In this document: in pieces, positions 40,015-50,718 of the stretch
How positions within the stretch are numbered: position 1 is the first letter of the stretch
How the letters are laid out: each line of letters starts with the position of its first letter
Assembly: GCA_043228905.1 (NCBI GenBank)
Contig: JBHGNT010000018.1
Span: 12,896,001 to 12,960,000 of the forward strand
Source: Azolla caroliniana
Lineage: Eukaryota > Plantae > Polypodiophyta
Direction: 5' to 3'
DNA length: 64,000 nucleotides
Program-made: the position numbers and the translations under genes
The notes under the pieces: model-generated
Told to the model about the DNA's origin: nothing
Databases searched by the model: none
What the model saw: the letters and a program-made list of their open reading frames with translations, nothing else

Positions 40015-42180
40015 CTCACCGCCAATAACCAGATCATCTTGTATAGGATGATGACAATTGAGCTTCTAGAGTCATTTCGTACATAGAGGGAGTTGTCGGA
40101 TTTCGACCATGTACACCTCCTCTTCTAATTCATCTTGAAGAAAGGTGTTCTTGACGTCCATTTGGTGGAGGTGCCACCCTTTTGCCGTGGCAGGTGCGAT
40201 CACGGTCCACACCGTCGTCATCTTTGTCTCCGGGGCAAAGGTCTCTTCATAGTCGACTCCATGTGTTTGTGCGTATCCTTTGCCTACGAGTTGAGCTTTG
40301 TAGCGGTTGACTGAGCCATCGGCATTATACTTCACCTTTTAGATCCATCTGCAGCCAATTGCCTTCTTGTGTGGTGAGTGGGGAATGAGATCCCATGTCT
40401 CATTTTTGGAGAGTGCTTGCATCTCCTCATTCATCGCTTCAACCCATCTGGGGTCCTTCGCGGCTTCGGAAAACATTTCCGGCTCTCGTACAATCACTAC
40501 ATTCATCATAAAAGCATAATGATACGCCACATACACATCGTAGCCGAATCAGCTTATTGGGTTCTTTTCTTGGGTGGATTGGCGAAGCTTCTCATTTGCG
40601 GATACTAAGGCTTTCTTCGCTCCATTTGTCTGGATGTCGAGGCCTCGAACTCACTATCAAGGGAGTGAGTCGACTCGATTTTGATTTGATCTTCGTATTC
40701 CAGCATTTTGGCCTTCCCTTTGTCCAGCTTCGAACTCGGCCGAGATATGCTTTGATCGCTCGGGGGCTCTTGTGGCCCACTAAGCCTTGTTGTAATCGGA
40801 CTTTCTTTGAACATGTGTTTGAAATGATCTCCTTCTTCTATCTCTTGTTTGGTGGATTCCGGGTCGACTGGAAATGGTTCGGGAGGATTCGGCTCGGGTT
40901 CGTACCATGATGCCGATTCGTTGAAGACTACATCTCGACTCACACGAGCATTCTGAGTCGAGGGGTTAGAGCACTTGTACCCCTTTTGCTCCAGTGAGTA
41001 TCCTACGAGGATACATTTCCTCAACTTCAAGTTGAGCTTTTGTCGCTTCTCGTCGGGGATGTGGATCTATGCAATGGAGCCCAATATACGAACATGTGAT
41101 AGATCCGACTTCCTTCTCGAAAAACTTCTCGTGCGGGGTAACCTCATGCACTTCGGATGTCGTGCACCGATTCATGAGGTAGATGGCAATATTCCCTGCT
41201 ACAGCTCAATATCACTTTAGCAAGTGGTTTTCGTTCATCATGGCCCATGCTACTTCGAGGATATTGCCGATTCTTTCATTCGGCTACTCCGTTTTGTTAT
41301 GGTGTATGTCGACACGAAAACGCTCGCCGAATTCCTTCTTTCCATACAAATGCCAAAAATTCATCGAAGATGTACTCCTTGCCTCCATCTGACCAAAGAC
41401 ATCGTACATGTCGACCCGTGGCTTTCTCTACTTCATTCTTAAAATTTTGGAAGTGTCCAAACACTTCGTTCTCTTGCCGCATGGGGTAGATCTAGGTGTG
41501 CCTGGAGAAGTCGTCGATGAAGGCCATGTAGTATCGGCATCCGCCGAATGTAGCCGTCTGCCCCGGACCCCATACATCGGAATGAATTACGTTGAGTACG
41601 CCTTTGCTCATGTTCCTCTCCTTCAGAAACAGGTGCCGATGTTGCTTGCCGAATTGGCAGGCGGCATAGACGCCTTCAATCTCTTTATCTTTGAATGTCG
41701 GGAGCCCGATGACTACTCCTTTCAATTGCATCGCCTTGAGCTTTTGAAGCTTGATATGGCCAATCCGCTTATGCCATAGCTCTATGTTGTAATCAACTTT
41801 AATGCCTTTTGCAACCATGGCCGATTTCATCTCGTGCGAGTCGAGAATGAACATTCGGCGCTCTCTTCATCCGTGAGTGATGAGTTGACCCTCTTTCTCG
41901 ATGAAGCAACTGCTTTGATTAAATTGAACTTGCATCCCTTGCTCAACAATATGGCCGACGGAGACCATTTTTTTGGTAATGGTTGGTGCATGCAAGAAAT
42001 TCTTAATATAAGTTTGCTTACCTTCTTTACCGAATGGAACATTGTCGATTTGCTGAATCGGATGAGTAGTGTCATCTCCGGTTTCGACATAGTTGGGTCG
42101 GTCCGGATCTCGAAGTTCTCGGAACCATTCTTGATGAGACATCATATGGTTCAAGGCACCGGAGTCGATGAACCATACGT

Positions 42181-42899
42181 TGTCGTGAAGAAAACCGCCC
42201 ACAAGAGGAATCGGAGGAACAAGGCGTGGGAAACGGCTCTACACACACACGCGCGCCAAGAAGTACCTAAGGACGAAGTAGGTACATACGAGGATCCGAG
42301 GTGGGTAGATTCGGTTGGTATGCAGTTAATGCCAAACGGCCTCTTGACGGGTTATAAAAGGAAGAGGAAGAATAGAAGTGCATCATCTCCCGCGGAGAGG
42401 ACGAAGTGCTGCCGAACCGATTTCGGAGCTTCTCTCTCACTCCTGCTCTCTCTGTCTTCTGCTCCATCGCGTACCTGTGCAGGTTTCGAGGAGGCTTGCG
42501 CTGTTCCGTGGAACGCCCCGAGTGCGTCCTGCAGCACCTCCGACCTGTTTTCCCTTTCTGTGCGTCGCGGCATACAGGGATCGGCAGCTGTTCGCCGCCC
42601 TGTTCGTTTCCGTTAGTATCTACTTTGTGCCCCACCGTGGGTTGTAATACTTTAGTCTGTTATTTTCTTGCATTCATAAGTACATATCTCTCGTTGTTGC
42701 GTCCATCTGCGTCGGCGTTTTTTTTTGTGATCTCTGTTTGTTGGGCCGTATCCCTGTGCAATCGTCGGTCCGGCGCAATCGGATCTTCGGTTCTGTGTAA
42801 TCGGGTCTCTCTCTCTTACTCCTCTCTCTCTTGCTCTTCGGTTCGAGACCCCCGTGGTCCCTCCTCCTTTCTACACGCAAGGGCGTAGTAACCCCGACA
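42181..42899 (+). repeat. 5' LTR of M
   Basis: TGTCGTG...CCCCGACA; TATAAAA near 42353. Confidence 0.97.
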
Positions 42900-42902
42900 T
42901 CT

Positions 42903-42920
42903 TGGTGAACCCGACGTGAA
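42903..42920 (+). promoter_or_regulatory. PBS (tRNA-Trp) of M
   Basis: TGGTGAACCCGACGTGAA. Confidence 0.92.
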
Positions 42921-42942
42921 AGAGGCGGCAGAAGAGTAGGAA

Positions 42943-45069
42943 ATGAAGGGGGCGGATCTTGCAGAGGCCATGGCTTCGGCCGTGGATCGGATAGTAAGCG
43001 CGCGCGAGGGCACCGGCGCCCTCGATAGAGCTATTGAGGCGGTCGTCGGAACGATCGGTCGATTCACCGGAAAAGATGCCACGAAGTACCTGGCGTCCTA
43101 CGGTGCGGAAATGTTAATGCGCGACATTCCGGAAGACAGGCGTCTGGCCGGTTTTCCCCGAGTGGCGATGCCGAGCATCCACGCGGAGGTGCTCGAGGTG
43201 CGGGCGGAGAGCCGTACCTGGGAGGAGTTCGAAGGTCGGCTCCTGGAAAAATACGGACTGGACGACGCGCTCCGGCTTTCGAAGCGAAGCTTCATGGAGT
43301 GGGTGGAGTCTCCCGGGAAAGGAAGGAATGCGTCGGCACTCCTCCGGGAGTTCGAGGAGAACTTCGCGCGCCTTTCGGCGCTTGACAGGATGGTCCTGGA
43401 TACAAGCCGGGTCCTGCTGTTCGTCAAATCGGTTGACGAGAGGGATCGGAGTCACGTGGGCGCCCTGCTAGAAACCGAAGATGGGCTGACAGCCGACTGG
43501 GCGGCGGTCAAGAGAGCCTGCGGCCGTTTCGACAAACGGCGAGAATGGGAGGATGACAGAGCAACCGGGTCGGGCTCAGTCGCGGCGAGGAAACTCGAGC
43601 CGGCGCAGCCGGTGCGAAGGGAAGAGACTCGGGAGTGGCTGGAATCCGGTTCGGCTCCGACCGGCGTGATCGGAGGCTCGACTGGAGGAGCTGCGTTGGA
43701 GGAACTGACGAGGGCGATAAAAGACCTCCAAATCGCACAAGCCCGCAGAGAAGGCGGAGGACCTGCTCGTGACCGACGGCCGGCGGCAGGGAACAGGTGC
43801 ATGTGGTGCGACGAGGTCGGCCACATCCGAAAAGACTGCGGCGATTTCGCAGAGGCGCTGAGGAACCGGGTGGTGTACCTATGGGAAGGCCGGGTTCACG
43901 CCAACGACACGAGAAGGGCCCTAAACCGAAACGACGGGCGAGGCGGAATGAAGAGGTTGATGGAAGAGGCGGCGGCCCGACATGCGGAAACCGTCCACTA
44001 CTCGGCGTCGGCCGGCATTCGAGTCGGGGGCGGCGAGGCCCGAAAGGAAAGCAAAGCCGGATTCTGGCCGACGATGCTAGAAGGCCTTGCCGGTGCAGGG
44101 CTTAAAAGGGAGGAATCGGACCGTGCGGAGAAACGGGTACGGGAGATGACCGGGTGGAGCGACCCGGTCGAGGAAAAGACGGGCTTCGTGGAAGCCGCTT
44201 GCCGGAACTACGAGGCTCTGGTAGAAGAGAAGCGGGTGGGGAAACCCGGGACGACCGGGCCCTCACAACGATACGAGACCCGGTCCGGGCCACGACGGGA
44301 CGAAGCCGGCGGGGCCGGTACGCAAGATAAACCCCAGAAGGGCGGATACCGTCTGGGGACGGAGATAGAAAGAACCACGGACTTACGAAAGGTCCTGGAG
44401 GAACGGATCCTCGACAGCAAGGTAGAGCTGTCGCTACGGGAGGTGCTGGGAATCGCCAAGAAGGAGTTCCACGACTCCATCGTGGACTTGGTGAAACGGA
44501 AGAGGCTGTCAACGGAGACAGAACCGGAAAGACCGGTGGAAGTGCGGACGACGCACCTGGACGACATGGCGCTGGAAGACGAGTGGGCGGAGAGCCACTA
44601 TTCGCGGCCACACTGGGCCCGAGCGACCACGGAAACCCCGGTAAAGATCGGCGATGTCCAGGAACCGGTAGTAGCTTTGGTGGACCACGGATCGGAAATC
44701 AACCTGATGTCCATGGACTTCTATAAGAAGGGCAAATGGCCGATCAACACCAAGCACGGGTGGAAGATAAGGGCGGCGACGCGCGCCACCGAGGAACTTC
44801 ACGGGGCCTGCCCGAATGTACGGGTCAAGATCGGCGATGTCGAGATAGACCAGCACTTCTTCGTGCAGGAGTCGTCATCGCACCCCGTCATACTGGGAGA
44901 GCCGTACATCACGGCGGCTCGAATGGAGACCAAGGTGCTGGACAACGGTTCGGCCTATGCGCGGGTCAAGAGCCAGGACGGGCGCCATTCGGTCCAGTTT
45001 TTGACGGTTAGGCCGAACCACGAGCGTAACCGCAACTCCCTCGGTTCCGATAACCGGGAGGATTTTTAG
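42943..45069 (+). CDS. gag: Gag-protease polyprotein (ORF1) of M, 708 aa, intact
   Basis: CMWCDEVGHIRKDC zinc knuckle; aspartic protease LVDHGSEINLM..ILGEPY. Confidence 0.95.
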   Translation: MKGADLAEAMASAVDRIVSAREGTGALDRAIEAVVGTIGRFTGKDATKYLASYGAEMLMRDIPEDRRLAGFPRVAMPSIHAEVLEVRAESRTWEEFEGRLLEKYGLDDALRLSKRSFMEWVESPGKGRNASALLREFEENFARLSALDRMVLDTSRVLLFVKSVDERDRSHVGALLETEDGLTADWAAVKRACGRFDKRREWEDDRATGSGSVAARKLEPAQPVRREETREWLESGSAPTGVIGGSTGGAALEELTRAIKDLQIAQARREGGGPARDRRPAAGNRCMWCDEVGHIRKDCGDFAEALRNRVVYLWEGRVHANDTRRALNRNDGRGGMKRLMEEAAARHAETVHYSASAGIRVGGGEARKESKAGFWPTMLEGLAGAGLKREESDRAEKRVREMTGWSDPVEEKTGFVEAACRNYEALVEEKRVGKPGTTGPSQRYETRSGPRRDEAGGAGTQDKPQKGGYRLGTEIERTTDLRKVLEERILDSKVELSLREVLGIAKKEFHDSIVDLVKRKRLSTETEPERPVEVRTTHLDDMALEDEWAESHYSRPHWARATTETPVKIGDVQEPVVALVDHGSEINLMSMDFYKKGKWPINTKHGWKIRAATRATEELHGACPNVRVKIGDVEIDQHFFVQESSSHPVILGEPYITAARMETKVLDNGSAYARVKSQDGRHSVQFLTVRPNHERNRNSLGSDNREDF

Positions 45070-45125
45070 AGAGGGCTGCCAAGGCGTGGGGCCGCGACAG
45101 TCCGGACACCCCGGGGAAACCCCAC
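45060..45125 (+). promoter_or_regulatory. -1 programmed ribosomal frameshift signal (GGATTTT plus pseudoknot)
   Basis: The -1 frame is open from 45054 into pol; stem GGGCTG/CAGTCC 6 nt after the heptamer; loop GTGGGG pairs with CCCCAC at 45120-45125. Confidence 0.8.
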
Positions 45126-48100
45126 ACCTGTACGATAAAACCGAAGAAACCTTGTACCATAGGTAGGGAATTTTTGTTCTCCGACAGCGGAGCGTGTAAG
45201 ATAGTCGGCATCGGCGGCCGAGAGAAGACAAAGGCGGAGGGGAGACTTCGAGCGTGCGGAGTTCTCGGCCCGGACGAGGAAATCAACGGAGCCGTGGAGG
45301 CGGTCTCATTCGACGACACCTTGGGAATGCTGGGAAAGGTAGTCGAAGAAGGCCTTAACGAAGACCGGACGATACCGGTGTGTTCCGAGGAGATGTACGA
45401 AGTCATCGCGGACTTCGGTCGAGGGCTCGAGTCAGTTCGGACGGCCCATGTGAGCACCAAGTACAAGACTGTGGACCGGAAGGTAAGGCCAGTCGCGGCA
45501 CCCTTACCGGAGGACAGCGCGTCGAGAATCAAAGGGGTTGCATCGGACCCTAGTCTACGAGATCCGGCCTGCATAGGGCACACCTTCACCGACGAGACGC
45601 TCCGAGAGCTCAAAATAGGTGGGGGCGGGTTCCTACTGCCGGCGGAGGAAGACCGGTTTCGGAGAATGCTCGGAAGGCACGGGAAAGCCTTCGCATTCTC
45701 GCCGGAGGAAATCGGGTGCGTTGACCCGACGATCGTGGAGCCGATGGTGATATTCACGGTACCGCATGTACCATGGAATCTCAAGCCAATCCCGGTTCCG
45801 AGAGCTCACATCCCGAAGTTGATGGAGCTGCTGAGGCAGAAAGTTGATATGGGAATTCTCGAGCCGTCGAGCGCCCCATATTCAAATCGATGGTTTACCG
45901 TACCGAAGAAAAACGGTTCGTTGCGCTTCATCCAGGACCTGCAGCCGGTCAATCGAGTGACCATTCGGAACGCAGGGATCAGACCGACCATAGACGAGTT
46001 CGCGGAGGCCTTCGCCGGAAGGTCAATTTACTCGGTCGGGGATCTATACTCAGGGTACGACCAGTTCCAGCTAGCCGTGGAGAGCAGAGACATTACGACG
46101 ATGCGAACTCCCCTCGGCCTAGTTCGGATGTGTACACTGCCGCAAGGAGGGACCAACTCGGTGGCCCACATGGTGAATGCGATGAACAAGGTTCTGAGGG
46201 ACTATATCCCGGACATCACCATGCCGTTTCTGGACGACATCCCGATCAAGGTATGCCCGGTGGAAGAAAAGGACGAGACGATCGGGCCGGACGGATGCCG
46301 GCGATTCGTGGCGACGCACATCGACGACTGCGAGAAGGTGCTGCAAAGGCTAGAGGATGCGAGACTCACCTTCTCCGGGGAGAAGTCGGCCTTCGGGCAG
46401 TCAGAAATCATGGTGGTCGGACACCTGTGCGGACCATATGGCCGGAAACCGTCTCCGACAAAGGTAGAAGCCATCTCCGCGATGAAGCCCGACTGCAGCT
46501 CGGTCACGGAAGTACGGAGATTCCTGGGGGCATGCGCGTTCTACCATATATGGATCCCGCATTACGCACACGTCGCGGAGCCACTCTACGGGTTGCTGAA
46601 AAAGGGGCGAAGGTTCGAATGGCTAGACGAGCACGCGGAATCGGTCCGGAAGCTGAAAGAGGCCCTTGCAGCGGCACCGGCACTCCGGAAGGCGGTATAC
46701 GGGAAGGGTACCCCGGTATTCATAACGGTGGATACCAGTCCGACCGGGATCGGATGGGTCGTGAACCAGGAAGACGAGGACGGCAATCGGTTTCCGATCC
46801 GATTCGGCGCGAAAGTCCTCAGTGAACGGCAGCGAGGATACGCCCAGGTTAAACGCGAACTCTGGGGTATTGTTTCGGCGGTTAAGGCCGACAAAGACTA
46901 CCTGATAGGGACGGAAGTGATCATCGAGACGGATTGCCTGCCGATTCTCGGTATGGTTTCCGGATGAGCGACTCCGGACCTGGCGATGCTCAGGTGGATA
47001 GCGTACATCAAGTCCCTGGACCCGGAAATACGACACATTTCCGGGAAAGACAACGCCATGGCCGACATGCTTTCGAGGGCGAGGTTCGACGACGAGGGCG
47101 GCATGGTTTCGGAAGACGAAGAAGTCGGCGTGGATTTCTTCGGGGCGGCATACATAACGACCGACGGGGTGAGCACTCCGGCGCTTAACGAGTTCGACGC
47201 GAGCAAGTACGACGGGGAGTGGCTGCAGATCGGCGGGTTTTTGAAGACAATGACGCCCGATGCGTCATGGACGAAGGACGAGGCCAACCGGATCCGGAAG
47301 AAAGCATATCGATTCTTTCTCCGAGATGGGCATCTATGGAAGCACCCGAAGAAGAGGGACGGCGTCCCGCTCCGGGTGGTGGCGATGAAGGAAGTACAGG
47401 AGGAGCTAATGGCGGCCTACCACGACAGCCCTTGGGCTGGACACCGTGGAACGTGGGCGACGTTTGAGAAGCTGAAGGGGAAGTACTGGTGGCCGGGATT
47501 GTACCGGGACGTGCATCGGTTCGTGTCAACTTGCGAGAGTTGTCAGATGCACTCGATAGTCCGACACCGGGACGGGCTTCACCCTACGTACCCTCCGACT
47601 ATCCACTTCAAATGGATGGTAGATCTGGTGACGATGCCGATGGGGGTAGGACAGATGCGGTATCTGGTCCTAGCGCGGGAAGACCTGACGAACCAGGTGG
47701 AAGGCCGAGCCCTTCAGAACAAGACGACCGCGGCCGTGTGTCGGTTCCTAGTAGAGGACGTGATATGCCGGTACGGGTGCGTCGGGAAGATCGTGGCTGA
47801 CCGAGGGGAGTTGGACGCCGAAGAGGCCGCGGAGCTGTTCGACCGGCTTGGAGTCAAGCTCTCGCTCGCCACTGCGTACAATCCGGAGGCGAATGGAAAG
47901 GTGGAGCGCGGACACGGACCGATCGTCAAGGCGTTGATTCGGGCATGCGGAGGCCGAGTCGGTAACTGGCCCCGGCTGCTACCTTATGCTTTGTGGGCAG
48001 ACCGGACCACGCACAGTTCGGTAACCGGGTACATGCCGACGGAGCTCATGTTCGGCCAGAAGCCGATCATGCCGATTGAACGGACGATCTCCTCGTGGGC

Positions 48101-48557
48101 AACGGTCGACTGGAGGGTCGAGATGAGCCGGGAGGAGTTGTTGGCCGCACGTATACGACAGCTCGAGCGGAGACCGGAGGACGTGGCACTGGCTACGGAG
48201 AAGCTCCGGGTGGCGAGGACAAAGAACAAAGCCCGGTTCGACCGAACGCACCGGCTACGACCGAAGAAAATCGACGAAGGTGACTGGGTGCTCGTCTACG
48301 ACAGCAGCCTCGACAACCAGCACCGAGCAACGCGGAAGTTCGCACGGAGATGGTTCGGGCCGTACACGGTACAGAGCGCCAACGACAACGGGACGTATCA
48401 TCTGGCGGAGCTCGACGGTACGAGAATAGCGATACCCGTGGCCGGGAAGAGGATCAAAGCTTTCAAGAAGCGGCACGACGACGAACCCGACCCGATTCTC
48501 CTGGACAGCAGCGACGACCGATCCGAGGCCGAGGAAGGGCCGGCAGGCGAAGAGTAG
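45060..48557 (+). CDS. pol: Pol (RT-RNase H-integrase) of M, in -1 frame, with one in-frame TGA at 46965-46967
   Basis: ORFs 45174-46967 and 46986-48557 are in the same frame; PFLDDIP, VDTSPTG, HDSPWAGH..CESC, WMVDL..ADRGE..NGKVER, WFGPY. Confidence 0.93.
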
Positions 48558-48629
48558 AGGCGGGCCGGTTTTCTCCGTGCCAACTTAATTTGGCGCATGC
48601 CGGTGGATGCGCGGTTAGGTGGGGGCGGA

Positions 48630-49348
48630 TGTCGTGAAGAAAACCGCCCACAAGAGGAATCGGAGGAACAAGGCGTGGGAAACGGCTCTACACACACACG
48701 CGCGCCAAGAAGTACCTAAGGACGAAGTAGGTACATACGAGGATCCGAGGTGGGTAGATTCGGTTGGTATGCAGTTAATGCCAAACGGCCTCTTGACGGG
48801 TTATAAAAGGAAGAGGAAGAATAGAAGTGCATCATCTCCCGCGGAGAGGACGAAGTGCTGCCGAACCGATTTCGGAGCTTCTCTCTCACTCCTGCTCTCT
48901 CTGTCTTCTGCTCCATCGCGTACCTGTGCAGGTTTCGAGGAGGCTTGCGCTGTTCCGTGGAACGCCCCGAGTGCGTCCTGCAGCACCTCCGACCTGTTTT
49001 CCCTTTCTGTGCGTCGCGGCATACAGGGATCGGCAGCTGTTCGCCGCCCTGTTCGTTTCCGTTAGTATCTACTTTGTGCCCCACCGTGGGTTGTAATACT
49101 TTAGTCTGTTATTTTCTTGCATTCATAAGTACATATCTCTCGTTGTTGCGTCCATCTGCGTCGGCGTTTTTTTTTGTGATCTCTGTTTGTTGGGCCGTAT
49201 CCCTGTGCAATCGTCGGTCCGGCGCAATCGGATCTTCGGTTCTGTGTAATCGGGTCTCTCTCTCTTACTCCTCTCTCTCTTGCTCTTCGGTTCGAGACCC
49301 CCGTGGTCCCTCCTCCTTTCTACACGCAAGGGCGTAGTAACCCCGACA
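48630..49348 (+). repeat. 3' LTR of M
   Basis: Identical to the 5' LTR by eye. Confidence 0.97.
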
Positions 49349-50349
49349 ACGTCTTCCGGACCGGAGGCACTAGTTGAAGTAGAAGACGACATAGAATTTG
49401 CTCTATGTCTCATTACGAACATTCCGCCATGATCGTCATAGTCGGAGTTGGTGGCATAATTGGTTAGTTGTCGGCTAGTGGAAGCCGACTCACGCATCTT
49501 CTTTCGACACTCTTATTCGTGGTGGCCGAGTTTGCCACAATATACACATTCGATCGAGGTTTGTCGGCTCGGACCGGAATGGTGGCTCCCCCTTCTTCCT
49601 AAGGTTCCTCAATGGCCTCCATCTTGTTCGAGTGCGTGTAGAGCATGTGGCCTTCCGAGGCGTTGCTCCTTGTTCAAATATGGTTTTCTTCAACCAACAA
49701 CATGTATTGAAGATCGAAGAAAGAGGGAGGATTTTCCCGTGCTAGTACGGCGGTTCTCATTGCGCCAAACCGTGGTGCAAGGCCACCGAGGCATATTTGC
49801 ACCATCTCATCATCATCCACATTGACGCTGTCAGGCCTTTCGCTCTGGATCGTTTGTGTGAGTTGGGTGGGAATTGCTGGGGTTTTGGACTAGGAGAAAG
49901 AAGAATATGAGATAAGTTTAGTTATGAATAGATTGCAAGATGAAGATATGAAACTCGTGAATTCCACGAGTATAGTGTATTAATTGATACTTAGATTGTA
50001 AGAGAGAAATAGATGGCAAAATCGTGAATCCCACGAATATTTTATATTATTCCACCCTTATAAAAAATCAACAACCCCTATACATCTTTCTGTCTTCCTT
50101 ATATAGAGATGGAAGAGTCTAAGTTTATCACATGCAAGCATCATACTTTTTCTAACTTTAGTTTTCATGCATGATTATCTTTCTATCTCATCTTTTCTTT
50201 TAACTCGAGTGTGTATGCATGAATAACTTTTTCTATTACATGCTTATCTAGAATATTTACATGGGATAAAGTTTAGTATAACTTTAAAACTCATAATATT
50301 CTAGTACAGTGGTAAGGCTTAAAATCGTTAACATGGAGGTACAGTGGTT

Positions 50350-50621
50350 GCCCTAAGTCATATTTATACTTATATGAACTTAGGGCTATTTATAGATATA
50401 GCCTCAATAGACTTACTCAAAACATATTTACAAATATGTCTTCTCTTCCGGTTCTCACTAGGTCTCCTCCGGTTTCCGGATCTCTTCCGGTTCTCACCGG
50501 GTCCAGATTATTCATCACCGGATCCCTTCCCGAGGGAACGATTTCCCAACAATCTCCACCTTCACTCCAGCATGGGATGTCTTGTCAACTTCATCCGCTT
50601 TTGGCACGCGTCTAGCTTGTC
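50350..50621 (-). mobile_element. Copia-like 3' fragment (RH end, PPT, U3) embedded in LTR J
   Basis: Minus strand reads TDKLDACQKRMKLT, then GGAGTGAAGGTGGAGAT|TGTTGGG (copia-type PPT/LTR junction), CTATAAATAG and a terminal hairpin GCCCTAAG..CTTAGGGC. Confidence 0.6.
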
Positions 50622-50718
50622 GGTTCCAATTCTGCCCTATGCATGTAACATAATTATTGTAGTATTTCTCCTATTTCTTTATACTTAGTCAATCAGGTAC
50701 TCCACACATATTTTACGT

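Larger units (their letters stand above)
42181..49348 (+). mobile_element. Full-length, very young Ty3/gypsy element M (Phygy-like)
   Basis: 719-bp LTRs 42181-42899 and 48630-49348, identical by eye and by ORF track; TSD ACGT; PBS 42903-42920; PPT 48617-48629. Confidence 0.97.
33323..49828 (-). mobile_element. Ty1/copia element G, degenerate, interrupted by T, M and J; 5' end outside the resolved region
   Basis: 3' LTR ~33323-33778 with PPT GCTTGAGGGG; RH/RT 33923-34808 and 40015-40540; INT and PR 40600-42180; gag 49349-49828; frames are restored across TSDs CTCAC and ACGT (GPEDVWFIDSGA). Confidence 0.88.

Noticed and set aside
41834-42616. 260-aa ORF
   Set aside because: Chance read-through from the antisense strand of copia G into the LTR of M.
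45008-46825. Antisense 258-aa and alternate-frame 311-aa ORFs in M
   Set aside because: Expected shadow ORFs of GC-rich coding sequence; not open to the same extent in the AT-richer relatives.
46965-46967. Programmed stop-codon read-through in pol
   Set aside because: Relatives C and D have a Cys codon at this position, so it is a copy-specific mutation.
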